Made by a program: the position numbers and the translations under genes
The notes under the pieces: generated by a model
Told to the model about the DNA's origin: nothing
The model's input: only the letters and a program-made list of their open reading frames with translations
Database searches by the model: none
In this document: piece after piece, positions 30,001 to 41,598 of the stretch
Layout: every line of letters starts with the position of its first letter
Numbering within the stretch: the first letter of the stretch is position 1
NCBI RefSeq assembly: GCF_018977255.1
Contig: NW_024705342.1
Span: 1 to 52,855, forward strand
Source: Callorhinchus milii
Lineage: Eukaryota
Direction of reading: 5' to 3'
Length of the DNA stretch: 52,855 bases

Positions 30001-32355
30001 GACCTAAAGGTTCCTGCGCTACTGCGTAAGGAAGCGAATACGTTTCAGTCCGCGCATCAGTATAGTACGCTACAAATCCTATCCTCTTGATTTTAAACCG
30101 GCCTTAAACAGGTAACATTAGACTAGATGGTATGGTCAAGTCGAGCGACACGGATATGATACGACAGAACATCAGCGAATTGGGGCTACTCATCTCATAA
30201 CTCGTGAAAGTATGACCCAAAATAGTAGGCAAAACCACTTCCTATGTGGGCCCGACCGATACGTCCTAATCAGATCTCCCGTTTTGTATTACAAGGATAG
30301 GTCCCGGCCAGTTTTTACTAGCTCATTATTATGCTTTGTGTGAAAATGCTAACTCAAGTTTACTGAGATCCACGTCTACTGAGGTAGAACCGTCCACTCT
30401 GCATCTACAAGGACACAAGCGAAATAAGTCTTACCTGACTCCGGTCGCCCCTCGAATTCAAACTAGTTAATGTAGCAAAAGACCACTCGACGGACCGCTC
30501 TTGAACGTCGCAGGCAAATTTGCTTCACTGCCTAATCCCGTACCTTTCTTAATACTTCATACGACGGCAACTACACTGTTGGAGCGCGTGCAAGCGGGTG
30601 GGCTCCTAGCTTGGTAAGTTACGTACGATGTATTCCCTGGTCCGACATAATCCTCGTAATTACCAAATTAGGTATAACGGGTTATGCGCTGCAGCAGTGA
30701 TGGAGTACGCATCTATTGTAGCAGGCTACAGTAAAGCCACGGTGTAATAAATTCGGCAACTAAGTCCCTGGCGGAAATGAAGGCCGAACGCAAAAGACGT
30801 ACATTAGGCGACGGTTCTAGTGGTTTCACGGCCTGTGTGGCACGCCCCCCTATTTCTGGTATAGACTGGAGTGTCCCTGTTTTTACAACTTTTGGCTGGT
30901 TATACTTAGCCTCGGGATGGGGCTTTACCCCCTTCACCGCGTTCAGGTTCTGCTTCCGTCCTACTGGGCGCTGGTAACAGGAGCGGACCCTAGAGACGGA
31001 GCCTAGCCAGTGTTCGTGGATTCCAGGCTGACACCACCGCCGGTGTAGCAGATACACTGGGAGGACGTTAACGTAATAAGTCACTTGCTGATCGGGAACT
31101 AATGGTCGCAGATCAGGACCCTTGTTTAGGCCAAAGTGTCCTGCCACTGATATTGTAATCATGGACATAAGAATGTCAACCTGCTGGGTATATGAAGCAT
31201 GAGTAATCCAATGTGATAGAACAATATCTGTTCACCTTACTGCAGCGGTGACCCCTTACTATGGCCATATTACGCCGATATGGAAGGGGCACAAGCCCCG
31301 TAAACTCTGCGGGTGAGTTATACAAGATCCGACGATACCTTGCACCCACGCTAATGGCTTCAAACAGAACCCTACATTCGAAAAGTCTTGGACTAAAAAG
31401 TGAGCAAGCGGGAGCGTCGGTGGGCGGTGTGCCAGATATTGCACTCCCGCGTTGATTGTCGTTTGGCGAGCATTGATCAAAAGCGCATGTATTCGCAAAC
31501 TATTGAGATGGGTAAACCGAGTTGGGGAACCACGAAGGTCGTCTAAGCATCCCCCCGCGTGTCCTGAGCATTGCTTAATGTTATACGTGTGCTTGCCCCC
31601 GTAAAAGTCAACATGACAGTTCATACTTATCCGGTAGTGACCTCAAGCCAACGATGTATACATGCGCTCTACTTCGCGTGGACGGCCTATGCAGGGCGTA
31701 TAGGAAGTAAAAGTGTCCTAGATTTTACTCACTTGATCCCGAGTCCCGATATTGACAGCGGAATGTTTTCCCATCATTTACTGCAAGCGCTATAGGCATT
31801 CCTATTAGATAAGATCGGATCGTGGCATCCCCGACTGTGGGCAGATCGCAGATTTCTTCTCGAATGCGTTCGCTTTGGCTGCCCGCTGGCTTAACACGGA
31901 CGAGACTAACCCATTGAAACTCTGGGGGTAGGAATCTTTTCCACTGTTAAAGTGTCCAAAGACGCCTCGTGCTTTGACGCGTAGCGCCAGCTATGGAATT
32001 GTCTAATCCACTATAGTGCGCTCACTCTTTTAAAACATGCCGATACAGCATCTTCCGCTTGCAAGAGTTAAGGGGAGTTAGAAGTGATCCTGGAGGTTTA
32101 TTTTTTCGTAGGTAAACGATCCAACTTCAGCGCTCAAGTTCAATATTAGTCCCCGAGCCAGCATGAGATACTATGCCTGGGCAGTCTATTGGGCGTAATT
32201 TTTACATTTCTACGGCCGGAGTTTGTGTTGAAGCGCAGAATAATTCATACTTTTAAACTGATTTCATTCAGCATATCGTTCAAGCTTGATCATTCAACTT
32301 CCCGTTGAGCTGGAATCTGATCCTGCGCGTGGGCGGAAGATCTAGCCATTACCCA
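1..32355. other. Featureless, random-like sequence (probable shuffled or synthetic filler); no genes supported
   Basis: By eye: near-uniform base usage, CG and CTAG not depleted, no long homopolymers, microsatellites or dispersed repeats. All ORFs are short (max 151 aa), occur on both strands and lack recognisable motifs. Composition switches abruptly to AT-rich DNA at ~32356, inside a repeat. Confidence 0.85.
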
Positions 32356-32638
32356 ATGGGCGGCTAGAGTCCTCTCGTCCTCTGGCTTGAGATGGCTGCC
32401 ACCTATGGGTCAGATGATTGCCTGCCACCATTAAGCAATTGGTAATTAAATATAAAAAAAATCCTAAAAAATGTAACATTTTGAAAAAAAATTTCACGAA
32501 AATAAATTGTCACGCACAACGAGTCTGTGTGCAAAATGTCAGCTCGATTGGATCACGGGAAATGGGTTAAAAAACGACTGAAAGATTTGCACGGTCGTAA
32601 GCGTGCAATCAAGCAAGGGAACTTAATATAAAGGATTT
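32356..32638 (-). mobile_element. Non-autonomous Helentron/DINE-1-like (HINE) element, copy A, cut at its left edge
   Basis: Reverse complement of 44499-44780, about 90% identical by eye. Minus strand carries AATCGAGCTGACATTTTGCACAC (resembles the DINE/HINE core), a short GCTT-like repeat near the 5' end and a T-run at the 5' flank. The repeat is directly seen; the family call is inference. Confidence 0.6.
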
Positions 32639-33099
32639 AAAAACATGCCTGTTCAGTACAACTCTGTATGCCTGTGAAACTTGAACATTGAAAAAGACTG
32701 ACAGAGATTAGATATTGGCACTCAAAATGTATTGCCACGGAAGGAGACTGCATCTAGGATGGACTCAAAGATTGACCAAAATAGAAGTAAGCTGAAGGTT
32801 TGACACAGAAGAAGATCTGATGCAGACAGTGCTGAGAAGGAAACTGGGATTATTTGGACAGATATGTAGGATGGACAACATCAGGGAAATTTAAAGCATG
32901 TTGATCGAAAAAATGGAAGGAATCGGAAAGAAAGGAAGACCTAACAGAGAATGTCTTGACGACATGAGATATTGATGCCAGAAAGATGTGTAGACTACTG
33001 AAGCATATTGGCACAAGACAGAGAAAAGTGGAAAGAAATGACGACATGTGCAGTGGATACCTAAGGGCGATCTGTCCATGGATCGTGACGATGATAATG
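32637..33099 (+). mobile_element. Decayed RTE-clade LINE, 3' end of ORF plus tail
   Basis: Manual translation gives LKTCLFSTTLYACET*TLKKTDRD*ILALKMYCHGRRLHLGWTQRLTKIEV...RRKLGLFGQICRM...MEGIGKKGRPNRECLDDM, then after a frameshift AQDREKWKEM. These match the RTE C-terminal motifs LYGCETWTL, FEMWC.RR, RKL..FGH..R, GRP...W.DD and AQDR..W. Ends in a GAT-type tail (TGACGATGATAATG) and has several in-frame stops. Confidence 0.9.
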
Positions 33100-33559
33100 T
33101 GCCTAAAATGGCCTTGCGAAGAGATTTTTCACAGAACTCCTGACAATCTGTAAAGTGACATTTGTATCCATTACACAGTAGGGGGCACTTTCCTGTACGG
33201 TCTGCGTTAGTGTTGTTCACTAATTTTCAGAGGAGGGCCACTTTTGCCAATAAAACATCAGTGCGAGGGTGGCCACACATTTGAAACCATTGGGTTTGAC
33301 AGCACGATGGGTTTTTTTCACGTTGTGTATTGTCGGGGGCCACACGTCAGGGGCTGGACGAAAGGCAACCAGGGGCTGCCAGTGCAACGAAGAGCATTGC
33401 TCTGCGTTGAGATTGCCGTATGACAGTTAAACAGATGTGTTTTATTGTCAGAGCTGGAATTTATCTAAAAAAATAAGTTTGAGTGTAACCGTTTCTTCGT
33501 GCAGTCAATGGTGACAGGGTGGAGACCATCAACTCACTGCACTTAAGAATCATGTTTAA

Positions 33560-33630
33560 TCACAGGCAGGATTTGAACTTGTGTTCTCAGCGGTGCTGAC
33601 TCAGCACTTTGACCTGAACCCTCTGGCAAT
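33560..33630 (-). mobile_element. Possible degraded tRNA-derived SINE head
   Basis: Minus strand has a B-box-like GTTCAAATCC downstream of a poor A-box-like segment; no body or tail recognised. Confidence 0.3.
33594..33606. promoter_or_regulatory. Perfect T-MARE (Maf recognition element) motif TGCTGACTCAGCA
   Basis: Exact 13-bp match to the established T-MARE consensus; the palindrome extends to GTGCTGA-C-TCAGCAC (33593-33607). Function is untested. Confidence 0.35.
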
Positions 33631-36600
33631 CCCTCTGAAAACAGAAACGATTTTGAAACCTTAATTTGAATATGATGGATGGAACGTAAACACGTACATT
33701 TGGTTGGACATGTCAGTTGAATAGGCAGTTTCCAAATAGGTTTACATTTTCTTTGCTGCCTTTGTTTTATGCAAGTGCTTATGATGCAGATTGCACCTTT
33801 TGCAAATTTCTCATCCTTAATAGGTAAATGGTATATTTAAAGAAAGGGCTAACCCAAGGTCTTTGGGTGTTCTGCCGTGACAGGGTTAATCAGCCATTTT
33901 AATGGTTTCCTTCTCTGAAATTTATCTTTGCTGGAACTACATGGCCCAACCAGAGGATATCTCTCCCGCGAGAGTGGCGCTTATCAGAATGGTAATGAAG
34001 CACCTCAAGCACTGCAATTTTTACCCCATTGCAGATAAAAGGGGCCTCCAGTGACGAATCCTAACTCCCTGCATACATTACTGCAATCACACTGCTCTGC
34101 CTAAATTATTCTTGTGTAAGCAATGCGCGAAATGCACAACGGCGGAACACGGCTGCAGCGATTTGCGTGTTTCCCACAGATACGGTGGGTGAACCCTCTT
34201 GTTTGCCTTTGTCACGGTGGTTCTGTTTCAGTATAATTTTTCCTCCAAATTTGTTTTTTTGCAGTAATTAATTTGCACGGCGATCACCAAACTCGGAGCA
34301 TTAATCATTTCGTGCAAAGACAAATATTGAACTCAAACACCAACTTTGCAGCTCAACAAGCCGTGCTTTGCAAGAAAGCCCACTGTGCTCCGCACAAGGG
34401 CAGAACAGAATTATAGCCATGAATTTCAGAAAAAATTTCAGGAAGGACACACAAGGTTAACTACACGTTCGCCGTATATTGCACCACTCGTCATGTAATT
34501 GGCGTAATGTGGTTTAATAATCACCACATTGAATCTGAGCGGGGTTCTTCATGAGTTATTGTATATTGTATGAAATTGGAGGACACTTCGCCCAAAGAGT
34601 CTCGTGTCTTTCTCAAGGAGGGGGGGCGAGGGGGTACATACGCAATTTCCCTTGTCTAGCAACACCTCTCAGGGAGGGCGATAAAGTGTCCTGGGAAATG
34701 AATCATGATCGGCGTCCGTAGCAAAGCAGTGGAATTGATGGAATTATAACTGTGCGTGGAAAAATAAAAACTCACGCACCTTATTTTTATTTCAAAATTT
34801 TTAAAATTTGAAAGACAGCATTTGAAACAAAGTGTTTTCCACATCCATTATATATCCATGGAATATACAATAATCATGATTTTCTAACAAGATAAGAAAG
34901 ATAAAAAATAAGCAGACATATACGTATCATGGCTTTTTTACTTAATGTAGTTTTTTCAGTGTCCAAATATTCCACCTATATAGAGCTGTTATATATACAT
35001 ATACTCAGTTAAATTTGCATTTCAGGCTTATATACTCACATTATACAAATGAGATGTAAATAGTTCTAGCTGTATTGCGGTATCGGCTTGACATCTCATT
35101 TTACCTTGTCTAATAGCTTTTTCATTCCTTTCGCCAATAGAAATGGACCATAAATGTTCCTCTAGATACTGGATCACGCATTTGCATGGCCTTGAATAAT
35201 GCTGAACCACCCGATCAAACGCCTCTATGTTGAGCTGCCAGACGCATTTAACGTACGCGTCTTCAGACTCAGAAGGCCTCGTGAGGAGATGAGCCTTGGT
35301 TTTGTGCAAAGTGGCTACTGCATAGATGAGGAGTAGGACAATTAAAGTTTCATTATTTTCAAGAGGCAGCCTCTAGCATTGCCAAAAACGAAAAAAAATT
35401 GAGTATTAAAATACTATAGCATATATAAATGGAGTAAATATAGTTGGCTGTCTTTATGTGTAAAACATGACATTTTCTTCCAGGTCTTTATTACAAAGGT
35501 CACACAGTTGTAATTAAAGTAGTACAGTACACAACTACATTCACAGCCAGTAAACTAACTTTACAGATTCAACAAAGTAACTCCAGGGGTGGAACAATGC
35601 ACCCATCCCCCCCCCCCCCTCTGGCGATTACGGTAATCAAATTTCCGCGATTCAGGTCGTAATTCTATACGGGAACAACCTCAAATATATTGAACATAGC
35701 AGCCACTATGGGCTGAAGGAATCACGTGAACTCATGACACGCAACATATATACAAACCAAGCAAACGTCGATTCTTGTGCACACCGATTCGGTGAACGTA
35801 TCATCAGCTTAAAAATCGATATTGCATCATCGTTCTCTCCCTACTAAATTGTTGATACATTTTTGCTCCTTAATATATACTTGTGTATATGTATGAAACA
35901 ATTCACACGAGGAGTGAGCAGGAGATGCATTTTGACAGCGTGTGAAAAAGACCGGTGTCCATGTGCTATTTATGTCATGTTCAGCAGATGATGAGTTTTC
36001 GAGTGGTCCGGGTAGAAAAGCCATGGGGTGGCCATCTCTGGCCACCGCTGTCTCATGCATGCCTCATTAGCATTGCCCTTGAAAGGTCAAGTTTGTAAAT
36101 TCTTGTTTCCTCCTACCGCGGTCAGATGCTCTACGGAGACTCCACTTGAGAGCGGCAATTTATATTTGATTTAATTGCTTTACTTAAGGGTCTTTGTGGC
36201 GCTGTATTTATTTATTTGTCCAGTTATTTATATATTTACACACTTACATATTTCTTTGTTTGCCAGAAATAATTGTACGCATTAAGCCTGGGGGATGAAT
36301 CAATCGGAACAAAAGCAATTAGCGATGTATGGACAGCAGTTGGTTTCCCTTGCTTGACGCCTTTATGTTGGGAGAATCTGGCCGTGTTTTGTGATGCCCC
36401 CATGAATATATTTCATGTTTAAAGGTATGGAAATTGCGTGATTTTTAAATTATAGCTGTGCTTTTAATATGTTATGGCAATTTTTCATTTAAATTGGGTG
36501 AGCAAGAAAACATAAATTTATTTATGGCACATAACATATGTAGAGCCTTAGGTTATAGCCAGTGGAAGTGCCAACGCTGGTGCTTGTAATCACTCTACTC

Positions 36601-38268
36601 TCAGATATTAAATTGATTATTCTTTTGTAACCAGGTTGAAGACCATTCATTGATTCTTCTTTTTTTATTTTGGAAACGCAGTAATAATGTTTCCGTTGCT
36701 TACTATTTTTTTGTATCAATTGGTGGTTACGGGTTATACATCTAATATAATCACAATAGGTACCCAAATTAACCCAGCAATGAACAAGCAAAGCGGTGAA
36801 CTGTTAAACTACTCATTCATTTTAAGAACAAAATAGTGTTAAACTATATTCTCGTTATTTTAAGCACGATGATCTATTGCAATGTTCATTCAATATTTAG
36901 TTTGTCAATAATTTTGATTGCTTAACAGCCTCAAAGTGAGAACATCCGTCACATTCTGCAAGGCACCTTTCAATGTGCCAAACATCTGGGTAAATACAAC
37001 GCTGCCGTATATAACACAAACATGTACAGCTCCTGAGCCAGTGTTATTTGCAGGGGAGAGTGCTGCCAATTTTTAGTAATTCCATGCATCCTGCACCCGG
37101 CTTCTGCAGCAACTTCGCATTTGTCAATGTCTACTGCCGTCACGCATCAAGCTCAGTGGAGTTGCAGTACAATAAAATGCTAATTAATGTTTCAAGTGCT
37201 CTTTCACTTCGTAGCGCACTTAATTTTTTTGTACTCCTGGCTGGCATTTCTTGTTCAGTTTGCCCGTCTCGTTCGAACCTTAAACACCTGACTGGAAGAG
37301 GGCATTCGAGTGCATTGCCTCTTTCGTCTTGCTTATCTGTCAAGGAAATGACTTGCCGAAATCAACCGTGGCTGCAATGACTAATTACTAAACATATTTT
37401 AATATGCCTAATGCATGAGCCGGACCGTTCACGACAGCATCGGAGCACTGCGATATGCGTCGCTGTGCTCAGTGTCCGAAAAGACTCCAAATGCTGCCGA
37501 GCATACCCTGAATCCAAATCTGCCGCATGCTCTCCTTACTAATGGACTGCGGGAAAGTCGGGGTGTTGATAAACTAAATGTACAAGTGAAATAAAATTCA
37601 CAAACTTAATTGCAAAGACAAAATATTTTTTAAACGGTGCCCAATCTCGTGGCAAAAAAATGGTATTGTGATTCACGAATAAATTTTTGAGTTAGGCCAC
37701 GGAATGATCTGACAAAATTTGTGTGGTTAAATGCCCTCCACCATCCCACACTGCCAAACACGTTAATTTTCACACGTAAGAAGCGTTTAACAACGTGCCA
37801 AATATGATCGGTTTAGCTCAATGGTGAGTTGAAGAACAACCGTCACAAACCAAATGTAGCAATCTCGTGGCAGCTACATTGCAGGTGAATGATGTATAAT
37901 ATTTGACTTTAAGTAATGTATATGTTGAGCTTAACAAACGGATTTTCTGTACGCTAGGTGATATGGATCGATATTATCAGTGACATTTGAGTGCAGCTGT
38001 CAAACGCTCACGCTCGTGCACATCCATCCACATTTCGCAATAAATGCTCAAAGCAAAAGTAGGTGGTGATAAATGTATGTTTTTTTTTGCATATCGTTAA
38101 TACGACTCATTGTTTGTGAACCCAAGATATTATACAAAATACATGACAGCATAAACATCACGTGTGTCTATTATTTTGGATGAAGGGTAGACAGTCCTAC
38201 ACCGTACCCTTGATACAAATAAAGCAATTTAGATATGCACTCGTACTTGTACTTTTGCATAATATTAG

Positions 38269-38601
38269 CAGAGGTGGGACAAAGTCATTGTTATGCAAGT
38301 CCAAGTCGAGTCTGAAGTCATCAAATTCATGACTCGAGTCTGACTCGAGTCCAAGTCACATGACTCGAGTCCACACCACAGAGGTGGGACAAAGTCATTG
38401 TTATGCAAGTCCAAGTCGAGTCTGAAGTCATCAAATTCATGACTCGAGTCTGACTCGAGTCCAAGTCACATGACTCGAGTCCACACCTCAGAGGTGGGAC
38501 AAAGTCATTGTTATGCAAGTCCAAGTCGAGTCTGAAGTCATCAAATTCATGACTCGAGTCTGACTCGAGTCCAAGTCACATGACTCGAGTCCACACCTCT
38601 G
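38269..38601. mobile_element. hAT-type MITE (113 bp) present as a head-to-tail trimer with a 110-bp period
   Basis: Units start at 38269, 38379 and 38489. TIRs are CAGAGGTGGGAC and GTCCACACCTCTG. A perfect 8-bp TSD, AATATTAG, lies at 38261-38268 and 38602-38609. Each unit has three GACTCGAGTC palindromes. Confidence 0.9.
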
Positions 38602-38907
38602 AATATTAGCATGTACTGGCACGCATTGTTACATACCCTCACTATTGCATGAAAGCCACAGGTATTGGCCGTGCCAACTCGTGTTTCATTCGAGCATGTC
38701 TGTCATGACAATGCATGTTAATTCTATATGCTGGCTGTAAATAAAGATATACATCGGCCTTCCCTTCCTCTGGATATACAGCACCCTGGCTGCGGTAAGC
38801 AAACAAGCAGCTCAAATAATATAGGAGAAGATTTTAAACCAAAAATGAACACATTTAATGATGTGCACTTTTTGGAAGTATTTCAAATATATACCCAGCA
38901 GATAATT

Positions 38908-39148
38908 GGGCGAGGGAGCTGCGGCATCGTGGCTAGCGCACTGTGCTATATGAACTTTGGAGACCTGAGCTCAACTCCTATCCGTGGCGAGTGAAATATG
39001 AACCCGCCCTGCCAACCCCGGCCCTTAACCAATATCCACGGACCAGCATTGTGACACATGGTCAATCAACATCCTTTATTACTCACATGGCATGGAGGAG
39101 GAGGAGGCTTTCATACAGCAGTGGATTGGTGAAAGGCTGTCAATGACG
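38908..39148 (+). mobile_element. tRNA-derived SINE with RTE-like 3' tail
   Basis: A-box-like CGGCATCGTGGCTAGCGC and B-box-like GAGCTCAACTCC. The 3' end GGAGGCTTTCATACAGCAGTGGATTGGTGAAAGGCTG resembles RTE termini (GAGGCCT...CAGCAGTGGAC...GGCTGATGA) and the fragment at 47866-47956. Confidence 0.6.
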
Positions 39149-40718
39149 TTTATAATACAGCAGACACCTCGTGAGAAAACAAAATGGTGTTTACTCAAAA
39201 TGTATATACTATGGCGTGATTAAGTCTACACAGACGTGAATATGGTTTCACGTCCGTGCACTCACCACCGTTACAGTGTGACCACATGTTCAGCTTGAAA
39301 TTAGAAGGCAGCATTTAGGCAGCGATAGCTACTGGGTCTTTTGTTTATTGAAATGGCTATGATTGTGCATTCTCTCCCTGCTTCTCTAACACCGGCACAC
39401 ACATGGTTGCAGACGAGGACCACATAGGCCCCAACTTGGCTCACATACATTTAATTGCAACGTTCTACGGAAATGAATTGTTTGTAAATAAATAAATAAC
39501 GCTTTATTTGGTTGTGCAACACCATTCACGATTTTTGGATGTTTGTTTTTTGATGTTTGTTTTAACGTGGTCGGCCACCTGTGTGCATGGGCATTTAAAA
39601 CCAAAATGCAGCAAAGAATATATGTAATAAATGACAAGTGCTTTCAGTATTTTTTAGTATAAATTAGTACTATAGATTACTGAAACAAAGTAAATTACAA
39701 CATCAGTGCTTTGCATCGGCGGCGCTGTTAATGTATTCATTCACCTTTGTATGTAAGTTGAACTTTTTTCGTACCATACGTAGCCAACCATGCTAATCGG
39801 AGGTGCGGGGGAAGGATAACAAACTAAACACAAAAAGCAGTTCTAAAGAAATTAGTTTTCAATTTAGATTTAAAAGTGCATAGCTCCAGTGGCTTCCTAA
39901 TATCGGGAGGAAGAGCGTTCCAGACGGCCGCAGAATAAATAAACGTGCCCCTTGTCGTTAAATGGACTCATACCGTTTGCAAAACGATCGTAGAATACAG
40001 CAGCAGAGGATTGCAGATGAAATGTGAGGCGTGTGTTGGTAGAGTATGTGCAGCACCCAGCCGAGCATTCCTGAAATGGAACATTCTTGCTTATTAAAAG
40101 ATTGCTTTCACAGATCTGTGATCCACTCTGGGAGACCAATTGGCACCGGGGTTTCATTTGCACAAAAAGTGCAGCTGTTGTTATTCCTAACAACTCTGAC
40201 AACATCGCACATAGTCATGGATTATCCGAACATGCACACGCATACACCCACACTTACTTGTGTGAACGTTGGGAGAAATGTGCTTGGAATAAAAGACATA
40301 ACAAACAAACATAGTTCTGTTTTTTATTCTAATCATCTTCTGAAAGTGTACATTTCAAATTTATGCTTATCAGGAACCCATAGACTTCTAATTATAAAAC
40401 AACCCCAGGGCATTTGGAAGTAATTATAGCTTTTGTTTTTGTTAATTACAAATGGTGCACAAGGTTATGCTTCAGAAGGTTAATAATCCAACTAAAAGTT
40501 CCCGTCAAAACGGGTGCTAAAAGAACATCCAGTGTTTAATAAAATATAAATGCATTACATCGGGAGATTAGCGATATATATTAAAAAAAATGGAAACATA
40601 AATCCGCCAACGGAGCCTGATGCATAAACACGTGGTAAAAATAACTGGGCCAAAATATAGTGGAATACCTTCATAAGTGGATCGATGTGTACCTACACGG
40701 GCAGCTCTGTGCCCAGTG

Positions 40719-40880
40719 TCGTGTTTCTTAAACCCCAGTCCTTGCCAAGCCCCAGCAGTGCACTTGTTCATGGTTATCAACCATCAGGCATGCGTAGTGT
40801 GTAGTGGCGCCATTTTCATATGAATGGAAAACATTGGTGGTGAGGGGGCGATCACAAGGACTGGAGTTTGAGAAACGCTG
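40719..40880. mobile_element. hAT (Charlie/Buster-like) MITE, ~160 bp, old
   Basis: Left GTGTTTCTTAAACCCCAGTCCTTG versus reverse complement of the right end GCGTTTCTCAAACTCCAGTCCTTG (21/24). The right TIR reads CAGCGTTTCTCAAAC on the minus strand. Flanks GCCCAGTG and ACCTAGAG match at 5/8, a possible decayed 8-bp TSD. Confidence 0.7.
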
Positions 40881-41195
40881 ACCTAGAGCGCATCGGATAT
40901 TTCATTCCCACACGTGAGCTGATCTCATCGCTGCATCTCCCAAGGTGGATGTCCTCTCAGGAACTTTCTCACCTTTGGCTGCCATCCTGCCAGCGTTCTC
41001 ATCCATTGGCCATCATCCCTTATGATGCCACTCCATATGGCACACATCAAAGTGCGGGAGGGGGAAATAGAACGGTGAGAAAAGAAAGTGTCCATTTACT
41101 AAATACGTCTTAAAATAAAGACATCTGAGTGTTATTGTTAGTACAATGTTGCATTTTTTTGCAAATACTGTAACATATAATTTGACCAATACAAG

Positions 41196-41497
41196 TGTAG
41201 TGGGTAGAAAGGGACAGCGAGACTTCACTGGAGGAAACACATTTCTAATAACAAAATAAACCTTAATACGAAGGGGTAATGGCCCCTTCCACCCGATATC
41301 TAAGGAGGTATATCCTCTGGGCTAACGTGACCTAACACACTGGGGAGGCTAACTCCGACCCGACCCCAGCATGGGTCCGGGTCCTGTCTTTGGGCTCCTC
41401 TTCAGGGTGACGGCTCCAGGTCTTCAGGTGGTGGCTTCGGGTCTTCAAGTGTACCACAACAGCCGGACCCGTTAAGGGGCCCGGCTTATATATATAT
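41196..41497 (-). mobile_element. Truncated LTR (R-U5 part up to the TATA box), related to the adjacent solo LTR
   Basis: Starts TGTAGTG like the neighbour. Collinear shared blocks: GAGGAAACACATTTCTAATAACA vs GAGGCAACACTTTTATTGTAACA, AAGGGGTAATGGCCCCTTC vs AAGGGGTAACTGCCCCTTC, and CTTATAT. Breaks off in (TA)n/poly-A. Confidence 0.65.
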
Positions 41498-41598
41498 AAA
41501 AAAAAAATTCAAACAACGTTTCCTTGTTATGTTTGTTTTACTTAAACATGATGAGGGTAGTGACAAATAATGCTCCAAATTGGCTTCACTTATGGAAT

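Noticed and set aside
682..31795. All ORFs listed in the left part (60-151 aa)
   Set aside because: Lengths and strand distribution look like chance ORFs; no domain motifs, operon-like packing or splice context.
32341..32368. Hairpin TCTAGCC...GGCTAGA straddling the seam
   Set aside because: Only 7 bp; the left arm is absent from the equivalent flank of copy B, so probably coincidence.
32850..33220. Minus-strand ORFs of 65 and 109 aa
   Set aside because: Antisense to the decayed RTE LINE; the informative frame is on the plus strand and is broken.
33230..33390. GGGCCAC/GGGGCTG-rich stretch resembling hAT MITE subterminal motifs (also ~39410 and ~45080)
   Set aside because: No TIR pair or TSD could be defined; too decayed to call.
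36578..36602. GTGCTTGTAATCACTCTACTC, loosely like the 7SL/Alu 5' region
   Set aside because: Short and mismatched, with no further 7SL similarity.
37642..37872. 13-bp direct repeat CAATCTCGTGGCA, 218 bp apart
   Set aside because: Could be a TSD or old transposon debris, but the enclosed sequence shows no element hallmarks.
38269..38601. CRISPR-like appearance and the 65-aa ORF across the tandem array
   Set aside because: Units are identical throughout with no unique spacers; explained by the MITE trimer.
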